The notes under the pieces are model-generated. The model had not been told where the DNA came from and did not search any database. It saw only the letters and a list, made by a program, of their open reading frames with translations. Shown piece after piece: positions 23,938-25,304 of a stretch of 25,304 nt of DNA (position 1 is the first letter of the stretch; every line of letters begins with the position of its first letter). This stretch comes from a virus (lineage: Duplodnaviria > Caudoviricetes), in the IMG/VR virus record IMGVR_UViG_3300017785_002950, positions 1-25,304 of that record. One strand, 5' to 3'. Made by a program: the position numbers and the translations under genes.

Positions 23938-25091
23938 TAGTTAAAAGTCACCGTGCCTGTTCCCGCCGTAATTTGATAAACTCTAAATCCACTTCTTGTA
24001 GGTTGCGTAAAAGTTAATCCACCTGAAACTGTTGCCGCAGGGAAAGTATCAGCGTAGGCAATAATAACTATGCCTGAACCCCCTGCTCCCCCTGTATTTG
24101 CGGCGTAAGTTCCTCCCCCGCCCCCTCCACCCGTGTTTACAGTACCCGCAGTACCAGTACCCGTTGGTTGCCCCCCGCCTTGCCAATTAACACCTGCGCC
24201 TCCCCCTCCTGAACCCCCTGCGCCTGCATTTCTTTCCCTTGAGAGGGAATCTCGCAGAGTACCCCCGCCTCCACCCGCTCTTGTCGTTGCAGTTCCATTT
24301 ATTGAAGATGATGTTCCTGCGCCGCCATTTCCTCCCCCGCTTGGATAAGTTCCAAAATAATCAGCGTTTCCCCCAACCGCGCTTGCTCCTCCCCCTCCGC
24401 CGGCGGCAAATGAATCTGCATTTCCTCCGACATTTCCTTGGCCTGACGTTCCATTTCCCCCATTTCCAATATTAGAAGCCTCTCGTGTTCCTCCTCCTCC
24501 TGAGCCTCCAGTTGCTCCATCATACAAAGTGCGTAGTCCACCTCTGCCACCCCCTGTAGATGTAATAGAACTAAATATTGAATTACTACCATTAACACCA
24601 GATGCGCCACCTGCACCTATTGTCACTGTATATGCAGTACCTACAGAAATAGCAAGAGAACTTGCACGATAACCTCCCGCGCCCGCACCTCCTCCTGCAA
24701 TCACATCTGAACCAGTACCCTCGCCATTTCCTCCTCCGCCTCCCCCTGCGACTACAAGATAATCAACAGATGTTAAAGCAGGTTGTACGGGAGTCACTGA
24801 ATTAGAAGCGGCAGAAGGCGCAGAAGTTCCCACCGCATTTGTTGCTGTTACCGTAAATGTATATCCAGTGTTATTTGTTAATCCTGATACTGTTATTGGT
24901 GAAGAACCTGTGCCTGTTAATGAACCAGGACTTGATGTTGCCGTAAAAGTTGTAATTGGTAATTTGCCATTATATGAAGGTGCGGTATATGTGACCGTAG
25001 CACTAGCATTTCCGCCTGTTGCTGTGCCTATTGTTGGAGCGTTTGGCACGCTTTTTGTAGCAGAAGCCCCTACTCCAGTTGCTAGAGTCAT
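23937..25091 (-). CDS. FN3-domain plus glycine-rich adhesin-like virion protein, paralog B
   Basis: N-terminal FN3 (PNAPT...VSGLTNNTGYTFTVTATNAVGTS..S..SNSVTP), then the same Gly-rich scaffold as 4133-5062. Confidence 0.8.
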   Translation of the reverse strand: MTLATGVGASATKSVPNAPTIGTATGGNASATVTYTAPSYNGKLPITTFTATSSPGSLTGTGSSPITVSGLTNNTGYTFTVTATNAVGTSAPSAASNSVTPVQPALTSVDYLVVAGGGGGGNGEGTGSDVIAGGGAGAGGYRASSLAISVGTAYTVTIGAGGASGVNGSNSIFSSITSTGGGRGGLRTLYDGATGGSGGGGTREASNIGNGGNGTSGQGNVGGNADSFAAGGGGGASAVGGNADYFGTYPSGGGNGGAGTSSSINGTATTRAGGGGGTLRDSLSRERNAGAGGSGGGGAGVNWQGGGQPTGTGTAGTVNTGGGGGGGTYAANTGGAGGSGIVIIAYADTFPAATVSGGLTFTQPTRSGFRVYQITAGTGTVTFN

Positions 25092-25304
25092 TATGCAGAC
25101 AAATCGCCCGTTAAAGTAAATGTATTAGTGCCTGTACAAATCAAAGAGGCAAAACTGTATTGAGCGCGCAATTTCAATCCTGGTGTACTTGTAATAGTTA
25201 CACCGCTTGCTACAACCGTTGTTTGTCCTGCTCCAATTTGTTGTATGTATACAACTTGACCTGTAGAAAATACACCCGATGGAACTGTTAAATTATTTGC
25301 AGAG
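25091..25304 (-). CDS. C-terminal part of a tail-fibre-like protein (5' end outside window)
   Basis: Hand translation: SANNLTVPSGVFSTGQVVYIQQIGAGQTTVVASGVTITSTPGLKLRAQYSFASLICTGTNTFTLTGDLSA*; the stop forms a TAATG overlap with the next gene. Confidence 0.7.
   Translation of the reverse strand, partial: SANNLTVPSGVFSTGQVVYIQQIGAGQTTVVASGVTITSTPGLKLRAQYSFASLICTGTNTFTLTGDLSA

Noticed and set aside
24080-24750. C-rich CCTCC/CCCCC runs as tandem repeats or G-quadruplex elements
   Set aside because: Explained by consecutive glycine codons in the Gly-rich protein.
4133-25091. Diversity-generating retroelement or invertible shufflon linking the two Gly-rich genes
   Set aside because: No reverse transcriptase or recombinase in the window, no near-identical template/variable repeat with adenine-specific differences seen, and both copies are in the same orientation.
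1-25304. tRNA, rRNA, CRISPR array, integrase/att site, intron or intein, stop-codon recoding
   Set aside because: Intergenic gaps are under about 110 nt with no cloverleaf or repeat-spacer pattern; genes are intact in the standard code with no such motifs visible.

Overview
A 25.3 kb segment of a tailed dsDNA phage genome (siphovirus-type, roughly 40% GC by eye), transcribed almost entirely on the minus strand. Reading right to left: a fibre / Gly-rich protein / MAHY-protein triad; a plus-strand three-gene cassette (5-bladed-propeller glycoside enzyme, TPR protein, FkbM methyltransferase); portal; MuF with a C-terminal HExxH metallopeptidase and a small acidic partner; a multidomain prohead protease-scaffold; major capsid; head-tail and tail genes with a -1 frameshifted chaperone; tape measure; Dit; a second fibre / Gly-rich / MAHY triad; a Gp37-like tail protein; lysis genes; and a Zn/HTH - DUF6378 - metallophosphoesterase operon cut by the window edge. 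Gene content and promoter style suggest a low-GC actinobacterial host (inference). Main oddities: the inverted glycan-modification cassette upstream of the portal, the duplicated adhesin-like triads, a candidate MuF toxin-immunity pair, an endolysin whose catalytic Cys can only be reached from a non-ATG/GTG/TTG start, and two intergenic pseudoknot-capable RNA structures. All family assignments come from motif recognition, not database searches.
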